This document shows, piece after piece, positions 15,961 through 25,447 of a stretch of 34,455 bases of DNA; position 1 is the first letter of the stretch, and each line of letters starts with the position of its first letter. Position numbers and translations under genes: made by a program. The notes beneath the pieces were generated by a model. That model saw only the letters and a list, made by a program, of their open reading frames with translations. It was not told the origin of the DNA and did not search any database. Source of the stretch: a virus (taxonomy: Duplodnaviria; Caudoviricetes); IMG/VR virus record IMGVR_UViG_3300012667_000182, positions 1 through 34,455 of that record. One strand, written 5' to 3'.

Positions 15961-16866
15961 TTAGTTGGGGCCATAACCAGTATCAGGGATATTGTCGTAA
16001 CCAATCAGAACCGTACCCGGTCTTGGTGCAAACGACAAGTTAGCAGCACTCATGTCTTGACCCATCACCGTCTCAAGTTCAGTCAGGAAGTTTCTATACA
16101 TTGCTGTGGTATCGAAGCCTTTAGCCTCAAAATACTTCAGTTTTGTCATTAAAACCATTACACGATCAGGATAAATACATCTATCATCATCGCTAGTAAA
16201 TGAGTTTTTGGGTGTGCCGTCAGAGCCTTCTGCCCATGCTTGTGAGCGGTATTCGTAACCTAAAAGCTCATTTGTTGAGACGCCAGGCCAAATCTGAAAG
16301 AAGTTACCAAGCAAACGCCAACGAATTCGGGGGCCAGTCGAGATATATCCCGATAGCAACCATTCCCATTGTTGTGCGTCCGTCGGGCCTAACATCTCCC
16401 AATGCTTAGATTTATCCCATTGCGTCCTTGGAACAGAAGCATCGTAATCAGCGGGTAGCGGATACTTTACTTTCATAAAACACAAGTCAGTACCTAAATA
16501 ATCACCGGTTGAGGGTTGATTAACAGTTACTTGCGTTGGAGAGTCCACGCTAACAATATAAGTAGCGTTCCCAAGACCGTTACCAGTAACTTGATACGTA
16601 GTATCAAATCCTGCGGTGCTTGGGATATTAGTAATTGTGTAGGTATTTAGACCAACATCACCAGTAGTGTTGGTGTATGTCGTTGTAAACAAATGCTGCT
16701 TGGTTATTCGTCTCCAATCATGCTTTTTAAGCAATTCGTAACCTGATGCGTTCATCAGAGCTAAGATTTGAATAACGTCCTGATTGGTGTTTCCCGCTAC
16801 AGAAGCAGGGGTAGACACGCCTAACTCATTTGTCACCTGAGTGACTAATTGCAGCATTGTGGACAT
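15961..16866 (-). CDS. Head-tail adaptor / tail tubular protein A-like
   Basis: MLQLV..V.NELG, Y.LPADY, YEY.S..W and ..AKGFD pattern; synteny after the capsid genes. Confidence 0.7.
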   Translation of the reverse strand: MSTMLQLVTQVTNELGVSTPASVAGNTNQDVIQILALMNASGYELLKKHDWRRITKQHLFTTTYTNTTGDVGLNTYTITNIPSTAGFDTTYQVTGNGLGNATYIVSVDSPTQVTVNQPSTGDYLGTDLCFMKVKYPLPADYDASVPRTQWDKSKHWEMLGPTDAQQWEWLLSGYISTGPRIRWRLLGNFFQIWPGVSTNELLGYEYRSQAWAEGSDGTPKNSFTSDDDRCIYPDRVMVLMTKLKYFEAKGFDTTAMYRNFLTELETVMGQDMSAANLSFAPRPGTVLIGYDNIPDTGYGPN

Positions 16867-17412
16867 TTATTCCTCTTTCTTTGGTCTACCAACCTTCTTT
16901 TCAGCCATGAAAGCAGCAAGTTGCTCTTTTAATTCAGCTAACTCACGCTTGGTATTTTCCATCTCGACTTGGCTGTCAGACTGATTTTTGTTCAACAAAT
17001 ACGCCCTTGCACGTTCACGCAAACCTGCTGCGCCCATGCCAACCTTTTGGAGCTGCATATCCGAAGCTGTTGCCACCTGCTCAACGGTCTGAAACTTCAA
17101 AATGCTTAATTCTTCCATTTGCATCTGGTTAAACTCGCTAGGACGAGCTTCGTGCCATTCTTTAAGCGGAGTACCAATTGCGGCTGCATCGTTGTTCTGC
17201 ATCTGATAGTGCAACCATTGGCGAGGAAATCTCTGCTTATGGCTCTCACGCACAGGTTGCTCAACTACGTTAGTCTTATCGCCTGGCACCACAATCCGCA
17301 CAAATGGCACACCTTGATACGGCTTTTGTACGTCAGTACTTGGGTGTTCAAATGTGTAAAACTCTACAAACAATTGTGAATCTGCATTACGAACATCGCT
17401 ATCTAGTCCCAA
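16867..17412 (-). CDS. Conserved hypothetical protein
   Basis: Likely TTG start at 17412 after GAGAGG, because the longer ORF start lies inside the terminator; HKQRFPRQW and TVEQVA..SD motifs. Confidence 0.75.
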   Translation of the reverse strand: MGLDSDVRNADSQLFVEFYTFEHPSTDVQKPYQGVPFVRIVVPGDKTNVVEQPVRESHKQRFPRQWLHYQMQNNDAAAIGTPLKEWHEARPSEFNQMQMEELSILKFQTVEQVATASDMQLQKVGMGAAGLRERARAYLLNKNQSDSQVEMENTKRELAELKEQLAAFMAEKKVGRPKKEE

Positions 17413-17431
17413 AATCCTCTCCCGTAGATTT

Positions 17432-17460
17432 AAAAAAGGGGGAAGGTTTCCCAACCCCCT
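17432..17460 (-). terminator. Intrinsic terminator after the capsid genes
   Basis: AGGGGG-TT-GG-GAAA-CC-TT-CCCCCT followed by a T-run. Confidence 0.85.
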
Positions 17461-17468
17461 GTACTATT

Positions 17469-17765
17469 TTACACCGATGCTTTGCTAAACCAAGCAACAT
17501 CGCCAGCAGCTAGTGCAACTGGTGGGCTTGTGTAAGCACCGCCTGTAGCAGCTACTTCAAATGTAACTGGGTCAACATCACAAACGGCTGTAGACGCAGC
17601 AATAGTTGCATCTGCAACAGCCAAGACATACAACAAACCATCCGAACCAAACACCTGCAGACCGAGAGGGCCTTCCGTTGGAATCTGAACTCCAGCAGAA
17701 TTAGGGTTGGTAGGAACGGTAGTCGTAAGAGTCGTACCGATAACGTGCGAGACTGAATAAGCCAT
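17469..17765 (-). CDS. Putative capsid decoration/cement protein
   Basis: 98 aa, A/T/V-rich, directly after the major capsid gene with a strong AAGGAG RBS. Confidence 0.6.
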   Translation of the reverse strand: MAYSVSHVIGTTLTTTVPTNPNSAGVQIPTEGPLGLQVFGSDGLLYVLAVADATIAASTAVCDVDPVTFEVAATGGAYTSPPVALAAGDVAWFSKASV

Positions 17766-17778
17766 GGTATCTGCTCCT

Positions 17779-18780
17779 TTAAGCGATCAAAACGCCGTTG
17801 AACTGAGGGCCAGAGGACGTGAGGTTGCCGGCCCAGCCAATCAGCTTAACGATAGCGTCTTGGTTGACAGCTTGACGCTCGCCACCAATTGGCACAAAGT
17901 TACGATCAACGTGTGGACGGAACATCATGTACTTGGTGTTCAAGAACCACATATGGTTTGCAGTCGCATCGCTACCGATACCACCGTCAAGAACCACATC
18001 TGAAGCCATACCAGCACCGTAGTACTTAAGTGACGCAAAGCCCGAACCTGCGGAGCTGTTGCCACCGTCAGTAATACGCTGAATAGCTTGCAGCGACTGA
18101 AGGTACAGACTGTAGTAGTTGTTGTCGCAAACGATCAAGTCAGGCTTGTCTGTTCCACGAATCAACTGAACAGCAACCGAGTCCATGTATTTTTGGATGT
18201 TGGAAGCAGAAACAGCAGCACCACCGTTTGTAGTACCTGAGTAAGCAACAGAGCGCCAGAACGACCAAGTAGCACGGTTAATTCCGCCGTATGTACCGGT
18301 AGAAGGTGCATCAGGGACAGCAGCAGCCAAACCTGTGATGTTTTTTCCGCTGTTACCAGTACCATCCAAATAAATGTCCTGAGAAATGCGGTTAGCCAAC
18401 TGAGCCTCAGCCACTTGCATACGACCATCGAGCAAGTCGATGATTGCTTCTTTGCCGCTGTTCTGGATCATTTCAAGACCAGAAATCGACACGGCAGCAG
18501 CGTACTGAGTGATGGAGAACTGAGCAGCCGAAATTGGGCTGTTCTGGCTAACGTTCAACACTTCGTAACCCGAATATGAGTTAGTGTTGTCTGTAGCTGC
18601 ATCGGTATACATAATTTCTTGCAAAATTACGTTACCGCCAGAAAATGTCTTTACGTTGCCACGTTCTTTAAGGCGGCGCAGCAAAGCGTTGTTGTTTGTT
18701 ACGTTGTCAGCAAGCTCACCACTACGGCTTTGAATGTTAGTCGCAATGATGTCGCTGATCGAGCTATTGGCAAATGCCAT
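17779..18780 (-). CDS. Major capsid protein
   Basis: 333 aa after the scaffold, GGAG RBS; DNV...N.LL, Y.DGTG..GK.I.GL and YGGI.R...W motifs; terminator downstream. Confidence 0.85.
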   Translation of the reverse strand: MAFANSSISDIIATNIQSRSGELADNVTNNNALLRRLKERGNVKTFSGGNVILQEIMYTDAATDNTNSYSGYEVLNVSQNSPISAAQFSITQYAAAVSISGLEMIQNSGKEAIIDLLDGRMQVAEAQLANRISQDIYLDGTGNSGKNITGLAAAVPDAPSTGTYGGINRATWSFWRSVAYSGTTNGGAAVSASNIQKYMDSVAVQLIRGTDKPDLIVCDNNYYSLYLQSLQAIQRITDGGNSSAGSGFASLKYYGAGMASDVVLDGGIGSDATANHMWFLNTKYMMFRPHVDRNFVPIGGERQAVNQDAIVKLIGWAGNLTSSGPQFNGVLIA

Positions 18781-18800
18781 AGTAATCTCCGATTAGGTTG

Positions 18801-19721
18801 TCAAAAGCGTTCGTTAAGACCGTCAAATGCTTCAGTCAATAATGAACGTCTGTCTTGCGCTTTGGCTGCCGTGTTCACTCCGGGTGTAGAGCTTTTTACG
18901 CTGACCGCTGCCGCCCGAGCAGCTTTCGCTGCTTTATTAGCTGATTCTCGTTTCGCTGCTTCAGCTTGAGCTTGTGTGCTTTGCTGTAGCTTGCTAGACA
19001 AAGCTTCATCTAGGCGTAATGCTTTGTTATAAGCATCGTCCAAGTTTTGAGCCATTCCAGAGTTTAGGAGTTGGATCATTGTTGGTCGTGCTTCTTCAAA
19101 AAACTCAGCTTTCTGAGAAAAATTACTAATTTCACTCAAAAGAACTTGGTTTTGTGCTGCCTCTTGCTGCTGTTTCCATGACATTACTTCATTACGGACG
19201 CTATAAAGCTCGTTTTGAAGCATTGACACGGTGGGATCAACAGGCTGTTGTTGCAGATTGTTGATGTCCCCTAAATTTACACCATATTGCTGAGAAAGTG
19301 TAGCAAACATCTGCGCTTTCTCGTGTGCTGATCCGTGACGCAAGACATTATCTGCGTTCATTAAAGCTCTAATCGCTTGCGTAGGTTCGATCCCAAGCGA
19401 TTTAATGTTGTTTTGATAGGGTTCAATAGCTTGCTGAATTTGGTCTGCAAACTGTGCTTTAGAAAGCAAAGGTTCTACACCTTTTTTCATTTCTTCTTCA
19501 CGTTGCCAAGCGTACTCTTTTAGCCTTGGGTCAGCGGTTTGCCAAACTTCGTGATAATCCTTTTTCCACGATGCTGGTGGACGCTCCCATACAGCTGGTT
19601 CTGGGGCAGGCTCTGATTGCACAGTTTCAGCGGGTGTTGCCTCTACTTGCTGCTGGACATCGTCAAACTGCTGTGACAGTAATTCTCGACGGTCGTGTCC
19701 AACGTTTTCAGCTTCGCTCAT
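18801..19721 (-). CDS. Capsid scaffolding protein
   Basis: Acidic, helical, Q/A-rich; PPASWK and L.DAY..A motifs; immediately upstream of the major capsid gene. Confidence 0.75.
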   Translation of the reverse strand: MSEAENVGHDRRELLSQQFDDVQQQVEATPAETVQSEPAPEPAVWERPPASWKKDYHEVWQTADPRLKEYAWQREEEMKKGVEPLLSKAQFADQIQQAIEPYQNNIKSLGIEPTQAIRALMNADNVLRHGSAHEKAQMFATLSQQYGVNLGDINNLQQQPVDPTVSMLQNELYSVRNEVMSWKQQQEAAQNQVLLSEISNFSQKAEFFEEARPTMIQLLNSGMAQNLDDAYNKALRLDEALSSKLQQSTQAQAEAAKRESANKAAKAARAAAVSVKSSTPGVNTAAKAQDRRSLLTEAFDGLNERF

Positions 19722-19731
19722 TTAAACTCCC

Positions 19732-20058
19732 TCAAGTATATTTTCTGCGTAATTGCGTCAAAATTTGCTGCGCTTCTTTGTGTGTCATGTTGCCTAATTG
19801 CTGACGTAACACATCCCTGCGGTTTTCCTGAGAAACGGGCGTATATTTCGTATCCATTTTCTCGTTTCCAACCTCAATACAACCGTTAGCAAGTAAATGC
19901 TCACGATGTCTTGATCTGCTTGTAATCATTGAACCGTCAATCATTGACTTGTACGGTTGAATGTCCGGCATTACAAAAGGGCCATAAAGCTTGTCTAAAT
20001 GCTCGTCCGAACCCTTTTCTACTAATTTTCCATCTACATAAACGTAAGTCTTTCTCAT
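19732..20058 (-). CDS. Conserved hypothetical phage protein
   Basis: PDIQPYKSMIDG..I.SRS.HREHL...GC.EVGNE; translationally coupled to the upstream gene. Confidence 0.75.
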   Translation of the reverse strand: MRKTYVYVDGKLVEKGSDEHLDKLYGPFVMPDIQPYKSMIDGSMITSRSRHREHLLANGCIEVGNEKMDTKYTPVSQENRRDVLRQQLGNMTHKEAQQILTQLRRKYT

Positions 20059-20486
20059 AGCAGAGCTAAAACCTCCTCATCGTCCATTTCAATGTAAGCG
20101 TCATATATTTGTTGCACCCTCACTAAGTCAGCCATGAGCGCATCAAAATCAACGGTATTAATAAAATCTATCGACTTTAGATTGCTTATTGTAGCTTGCT
20201 TAATGAATGGTGCAGCAATTTCTTCTGCAATTAATGGTTTACCCTCAATAATGTGTTCAAAAAGAGCAATTACTTCATCTCTGCGTTTCTTTTTGATTTC
20301 AGCTTCTTTCTTACGTTTCTTTTTGCCGCCATCATGCGTATCAATAATAACAATAGGCACGACTCCGCCAACCGTTCCTGTAAACGATCCAGAATCATTT
20401 TGGTCTGTAGCGTTTAAAACACCAGTAACGACTAATGTTTGAAAAGCATTAGGTTGAAACGCATTTACTTGAAAGGCTGCGGTCAT
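20055..20486 (-). CDS. Hypothetical (probably structural) protein
   Basis: AFQ x3 at the N-terminus, DTHDGG motif, acidic DDEE tail; coupled overlaps on both sides. Confidence 0.7.
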   Translation of the reverse strand: MTAAFQVNAFQPNAFQTLVVTGVLNATDQNDSGSFTGTVGGVVPIVIIDTHDGGKKKRKKEAEIKKKRRDEVIALFEHIIEGKPLIAEEIAAPFIKQATISNLKSIDFINTVDFDALMADLVRVQQIYDAYIEMDDEEVLALL

Positions 20487-21460
20487 TACGCCTCCAATGC
20501 TGCCAGTCTGGTTTCCATCGCTTTAATTGTAGCTTGCTGCTCTTGAATTGCTGCAACAAGTGTAGCAACCAAGAATGATGTATCTACGCCTTGATATTGT
20601 GGTTTGCCATTTTTATCTACAGCGTCTTTAGCGCCAGTCACGCAGTCTGGTACGACAGCTTGCAATTCGTGAGCAATAAAGCCTTGGCCATCGCTTCCGT
20701 CAGCTTTCCAGGTGTAGGTACATGGCTTAAGTTGAGCAACTTTTGCAAGTGCACCAGTCATTGGTTGTATGTTTTCTTTTAGGCGATAGTCTGATGATGT
20801 AGCGTATGTAGTTGCGGAACCCGTTACAGTAATTGCGCCTACAGTAGTGGTAGCTTGCCTAAATTCAATCGCTGTACCATTGCTAGATTGCCTGTTTATA
20901 TACAAAACAGCTAAAGTTCCACCTGCATTAGTGCTTACAAATTCGTTATATCCTAAACCGCTTGCGGATAAACCAAAAGTGTTGCCAAGAGTAGCGCCGT
21001 TTGCTGCTGCTTTTCCCACCAGCAAGTTGCCAGATGCATCAAGCGTCATCGCCTGTGTAAACGATACGGTATTTCCTGCTGTGCCGGAGGGGGCGGTGAA
21101 CCAAGAGTGAGCGCCAGTATTTTGCATATACCGTGATGCAAAAGAGCTTGAAGCGTATTTCCAGCCACCGTTGTAATAAGAATTTTGTGAGACATCAATT
21201 TCTGATACAGCGACTCCCCACAAAGCGTTACCGACATTATTAACTTCTATTGCTTTACCCAAACTCCAAGCACTCGGCGTTACACCCACACCCACATTCC
21301 CCGAAGCATCAGTCGTGACCCTTGCTGTGCCGCCTGTGTTGATCGTGACCGTATCCGTACCGTATGAGATACCTGTATTAGTATCAGTACCTTGCATAGC
21401 TGGTGTAGCGGATGAGCCGTCAACACCGGAAATGCCTGTCGAGCCGTTAATCGTAATCAT
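20486..21460 (-). CDS. Fibre protein with C-terminal S74 chaperone
   Basis: DASGNVGVG and DASGNLLVG repeats, [20 protein letters not shown]-terminal coiled coil. Confidence 0.85.
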   Translation of the reverse strand: MITINGSTGISGVDGSSATPAMQGTDTNTGISYGTDTVTINTGGTARVTTDASGNVGVGVTPSAWSLGKAIEVNNVGNALWGVAVSEIDVSQNSYYNGGWKYASSSFASRYMQNTGAHSWFTAPSGTAGNTVSFTQAMTLDASGNLLVGKAAANGATLGNTFGLSASGLGYNEFVSTNAGGTLAVLYINRQSSNGTAIEFRQATTTVGAITVTGSATTYATSSDYRLKENIQPMTGALAKVAQLKPCTYTWKADGSDGQGFIAHELQAVVPDCVTGAKDAVDKNGKPQYQGVDTSFLVATLVAAIQEQQATIKAMETRLAALEA

Positions 21461-21624
21461 TCTGCCACCTCATCTGCGGGGGTTGGTGTGTTGCCTTCTG
21501 CAAGCCATGCTAAATATTCAGCGTAGTCGCTGTTTGCATCATCCATTGGAATAAATGCGTTGTCGGATAGGCGCTTTATACAAGAGAGTGCGCCTGTGAT
21601 GCTGTCGTTGATTAGTTTGTACAT
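21457..21624 (-). CDS. Small fibre-associated (chaperone-like) protein, 55 aa (not in ORF track)
   Basis: MYKLINDS...[32 protein letters not shown]; ATGA overlap with the next gene. Confidence 0.75.
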   Translation of the reverse strand: MYKLINDSITGALSCIKRLSDNAFIPMDDANSDYAEYLAWLAEGNTPTPADEVAE

Positions 21625-21635
21625 GATGTTTTCCA

Positions 21636-22694
21636 TTACAGTTCAGCCGATGCAGTCCAACTTGCTGCTACGTTTCCAGAAGCAGCAGCACTGAAATCAA
21701 TAAATAAATCACTATCGCTAGATGATAATGCCCCCCCGATAGTTCCAAGTGTTGCAACTGCTGTAACTGTTGCGGATGTTCGTTTTGTAACTTTGTAAAA
21801 AACATTAATACCAAACGCAGATGGAAAAGGATCATTTCTGTATCTTGTTCCTCCAACTTCATAATACCGCTGACACAACGCCAACTCAGTCCCGATACTC
21901 CTGAACTCAAACGGTGTAGCAGTCGAGCCTTTCTCTAGCTGTACGCCTGTGATGTAAAAGGTAGCTCCGCTTGTGCCGACTACGGAGGTTGCGCCTGTTA
22001 GACCACCTCTAAAATCGGACGCACCCCATGCGCTTGTAGAACCTAATCTAGTTGACCCAGTTCCAAGGCTCAGGTTGAGGCGTAAGCCGTTGCCGCTATC
22101 TGTTACCCAAGTGCCTGTGGTATCGCCTGGAATAGTGACAGTTTTGTATTCCCATGTGTTTGCCGCAGATATTGTGTAGTTAAATGGATAACATCTAGAT
22201 GTAGCACCGTTTGTAATGGATGCACCAAATGCACCTGTCAATGAGGAACGAATCCAGAACGACAAAGTTACTGTTTGTGCGTTTGCTGTACCCCAGCCTA
22301 GGTCTGCAATATTAAAACCTTCAATAAATTGCTCTAACCAAAAGTAATCGGACGCAGATAAAGAATATGCAGAGGTGCTAGTTAGACCAAGATAATTTGT
22401 AAACCCAACAGGAGGTGTGACTGCCCCTGCGTTTTGTTGCATATTTAATTTTGCAGCAACAGAAGGCTCACATCTCCATCTATCAGTTCCAAAGGTAAAA
22501 GCCGTTCCAACACTTACACTCGCCCCTGCATTCCTCTGGTCAATCGTCATTGACCCATTAATTATCCGATTTTTAAATCCCGTCTGCGGAGAAAGTGTGC
22601 CACCGCTAATCGACACGCTGCCGTCAGTAGCTAGGACAAGGTTATTTGTCGCTGACGCTGCGTTCTTTAAGTTTGTGACCGATAAAGTCGACAT
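21636..22694 (-). CDS. Fibre/receptor-binding protein with a carbohydrate-binding-like jelly-roll domain
   Basis: FKNRIING...IDQR, DRW, TLSFW, GVQLE.G..ATPFE and EL.LCQRYY motifs. Confidence 0.8.
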   Translation of the reverse strand: MSTLSVTNLKNAASATNNLVLATDGSVSISGGTLSPQTGFKNRIINGSMTIDQRNAGASVSVGTAFTFGTDRWRCEPSVAAKLNMQQNAGAVTPPVGFTNYLGLTSTSAYSLSASDYFWLEQFIEGFNIADLGWGTANAQTVTLSFWIRSSLTGAFGASITNGATSRCYPFNYTISAANTWEYKTVTIPGDTTGTWVTDSGNGLRLNLSLGTGSTRLGSTSAWGASDFRGGLTGATSVVGTSGATFYITGVQLEKGSTATPFEFRSIGTELALCQRYYEVGGTRYRNDPFPSAFGINVFYKVTKRTSATVTAVATLGTIGGALSSSDSDLFIDFSAAASGNVAASWTASAEL

Positions 22695-22861
22695 TATGCT
22701 GCTCCTAATTGCTCGTCAGTCGGGCGTGTATGTGTTGGGTGTTCCCAAAACGCTATGTAATCGCCAACCCCGTTGCTGTCATTCTGGAGGCGGATAGTGG
22801 TCATAAAGTCTTGTGTTGTCAGGTCTGGGTACAGAGCCATGATTTTGTCATATAGGGTCAT
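22694..22861 (-). CDS. Small XkdW-like fibre-associated protein, 55 aa (not in ORF track)
   Basis: MTLYDKIMALYPDL...LQNDSNGVGDYIAFWEHPTHTRPTDEQLGAA; coupled at both ends. Confidence 0.75.
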   Translation of the reverse strand: MTLYDKIMALYPDLTTQDFMTTIRLQNDSNGVGDYIAFWEHPTHTRPTDEQLGAA

Positions 22862-23421
22862 GTTGCGCTCCTTACTAAGCAGCCTGAGAAGTAGGTGTAA
22901 GCACTAGATGATACTGTAGTAGAAGAAGAACCTTGAATGTGAATAAAATATAATTCAAAATAGTCAGTAGTTCCGTTTGCATACAATTGCGCTGACCCAT
23001 AACTTCCGCTTCCAAATCCTGTTCCAGAATTCCAATTTAATTGTTTAGCGTTTGCACCATTTTTAAAAATTCTTATTGCTGTTCCTATATTTGCTGGCGA
23101 TAAAGTAACACCAGCATTAAAGACATAATATCCAGCAACATTTGGCGTAAAACGATAATTAGTAGTGTTGTCAAAACAAGAAGCCGTGTCGTATTCTTCT
23201 AACTGAAAAACAACTTTTGTTTCCGTGTTGTTAGAAATAGACTGCCCACCACTTTGATAAGCACTAAACGCTGGCCCACCAATCGGTACACCCGCAGTAG
23301 CAGTAGTCAGCATAGTTCCAGTCGTAGCAGGAACAGTCACCGTAATCGTACTAGCCGTGTTCTCTGGAGTCAGCGCAATGCTGCCGCCGCTTGTGGTGTT
23401 GAGTTTTAGATTTCCTGACAT
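22858..23421 (-). CDS. Fibre protein with C1q/TNF-like head domain
   Basis: PAFSAY, F..EEYDT...FD, YRFTP.VAGYY, NGTTDY.E and FSG.L motifs. Confidence 0.7.
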   Translation of the reverse strand: MSGNLKLNTTSGGSIALTPENTASTITVTVPATTGTMLTTATAGVPIGGPAFSAYQSGGQSISNNTETKVVFQLEEYDTASCFDNTTNYRFTPNVAGYYVFNAGVTLSPANIGTAIRIFKNGANAKQLNWNSGTGFGSGSYGSAQLYANGTTDYFELYFIHIQGSSSTTVSSSAYTYFSGCLVRSAT

Positions 23422-23429
23422 GATTATCC

Positions 23430-25055
23430 TTAAACGATTGTCCAGACGCTACCAGAAGGGACGGTAACGGTTATGCCAGAACTCACGGCAACGGGGCCAG
23501 CACTCATTGCGTTGCTTCCACTTGGAATGCTGTAACTAGCTGCAACCGTTGCGCTGTTTACAACTAATCCGTTAGATGCACTAATTTGTGGTGCTGTCAG
23601 CGTGTTAAGAGATGGGTCATAAGTAAAATCAGCCTCGTTACCTAATGCGCTTGTACCATTACCGTAAGGCACTCTATTTGCGGTCAAGCTAGTTATTCCA
23701 GTACCGCCATTCGCTACAGGCAACGTACCTGTAACTTGAGTGGTCAGGTCTACGCCACTTAGCGTACCACCTAGCGTTAAGTTTCCAGACGTTGTAACTG
23801 TACCCGTAAGCGTAATACCGTTAACTGTACCTGTGCCGCCAACGCTTGTTACACCAGTATTAGCTACGGTTATTGAACCTGCGCCATTAGTGACGGATAT
23901 ACCCGTACCTGCGGTAATGTTTGCGTTTTTCCAAACGTTTGCGGAAGCATCGTAAATTAGCGTATTGCCGCTTGTGGGGCTTGTAATTAAAACATTGTGC
24001 AGCTCATCTAATTCGTAACCGTTGTCAACTTTTACATAAATTGATCCTACAGTAGCGTGTACTCTTTCAACATAACCAAGGGTAACTGTGTGCTGTGGAG
24101 CAACGGGTTTTGTTGTTGTATACGCACCTGCAACCGTTGGTGACAAATAAACTATTGCACCTGCGGTCAAGGTTGCAGTATTTAGTCCGTTTACTGTGCC
24201 TAAGATGGTAATAAAACCTTCACCACCAATAGCAATAGCCTCAGTCACCATTCCTAAAGTGCCTGCTGACGTACCATCAGTAGTAGCTAAAGCAAGTTTT
24301 ACTGCAACACGGTTTCCTTGTGCACCAGAAATATAAACAATTTGTCCGTCAGTTAATGCAACACCTGAATCGTTGTAGCAAAGTGCAACAATTTCTTGTC
24401 CCACTTGCAAATTGACATTGCCGCCCTTTAAGCCAAACTGTAATGTGCCGTTGCCATCATCCCATTGGAGTTTTGCAACAGCTTCAGTTACGCTAACAGT
24501 CGTATCAAATTGCACATAGTCTGGTGAACTGATGCCACCTGTGACGCCTGTCATTGACGTAATGTTGGTGTTTGTAGGTGCGTTTGCTGTGCCTGAGATG
24601 TCAGTTTGTGTAAGTACAACAGTCCCTGTATAACCGTTTACGCTTGTAACTTGATCTGTATTATCGACCTTTTGCCAAATTGTGCCGTTATAAACAGCCC
24701 AATCGCCTACTAGCCAATCTGTTACACCATCAAGGTTTGTAGAACCTGCGACAGATACAACGTAGTAGTAGCCTTTTGTGCCGACACCTGAAGCAAGCGT
24801 AGGAGTGTTTGTAGATGCGTTCCATGTGCCTTGGTAGCTTAACGCCCCCAAAACCGCAGCAGGAAGCTCAGAAACAGGTACTTTACCGCCTGAATCAAGC
24901 GTAGCGACACCGTTTGCGACACCTGCGTTTAGCTCTGCTGCTGTACCTAAACCGATAATTGTGTGGTCTGCGTTCCAATTACTAGGACGAACTAAGCTCG
25001 TATCCGCTGAATCTGGAACAGCACTTACAAATGGATGTTTGACTGTTACGCTCAT
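23430..25055 (-). CDS. Long fibre/adhesin scaffold protein
   Basis: VATLD..GKVP..LP, VTSVNG.TG.V.L and LPVANGGTG motifs; C-terminal AMSAGP...VTVPSGS.W.IV. Confidence 0.75.
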   Translation of the reverse strand: MSVTVKHPFVSAVPDSADTSLVRPSNWNADHTIIGLGTAAELNAGVANGVATLDSGGKVPVSELPAAVLGALSYQGTWNASTNTPTLASGVGTKGYYYVVSVAGSTNLDGVTDWLVGDWAVYNGTIWQKVDNTDQVTSVNGYTGTVVLTQTDISGTANAPTNTNITSMTGVTGGISSPDYVQFDTTVSVTEAVAKLQWDDGNGTLQFGLKGGNVNLQVGQEIVALCYNDSGVALTDGQIVYISGAQGNRVAVKLALATTDGTSAGTLGMVTEAIAIGGEGFITILGTVNGLNTATLTAGAIVYLSPTVAGAYTTTKPVAPQHTVTLGYVERVHATVGSIYVKVDNGYELDELHNVLITSPTSGNTLIYDASANVWKNANITAGTGISVTNGAGSITVANTGVTSVGGTGTVNGITLTGTVTTSGNLTLGGTLSGVDLTTQVTGTLPVANGGTGITSLTANRVPYGNGTSALGNEADFTYDPSLNTLTAPQISASNGLVVNSATVAASYSIPSGSNAMSAGPVAVSSGITVTVPSGSVWTIV

Positions 25056-25447
25056 TGGTTGCCTCTAATAATCGTTCCCGCTGTGATGTCTACACTTTGA
25101 CCAGCAGCAATGTCTACAGTATTTAATATTAAATCTGCACCTGCCAAACCAACAGAACCGTCCATAATGACAGCGTTATCAGCTTTAAAGATACGGAAAA
25201 AGCTAGCTGTCCCTGATGCAACCGCATCTGTCTGTGTGACAGCACCTAGCGTCAAAGTACCGTCTGTATCTGTACCAAACACGCCTGCAATGGGCATACT
25301 GACTAAAAGTACTTGCGTAGTAATAGCCGTATTAGCGTTTGCAGGTTGTGTGCCGCTGTAGAGATTAAATAGCGAATTTGATCCAGCATAGGTGATTAAC
25401 CCCTCGTTTTGAGCGTGACGGGTAGCATTTGAGTATTCGAGTGTCAT
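25052..25447 (-). CDS. Small structural protein
   Basis: LYSGTQPA.A, GTASFFRI and MDGSVG..GADL motifs; follows the portal gene. Confidence 0.65.
   Translation of the reverse strand: MTLEYSNATRHAQNEGLITYAGSNSLFNLYSGTQPANANTAITTQVLLVSMPIAGVFGTDTDGTLTLGAVTQTDAVASGTASFFRIFKADNAVIMDGSVGLAGADLILNTVDIAAGQSVDITAGTIIRGNQ

Noticed and set aside
17413-17454. N-terminal extension of ORF 16867..17454
   Set aside because: It runs through the intrinsic terminator; TTG 17412 has a proper RBS.
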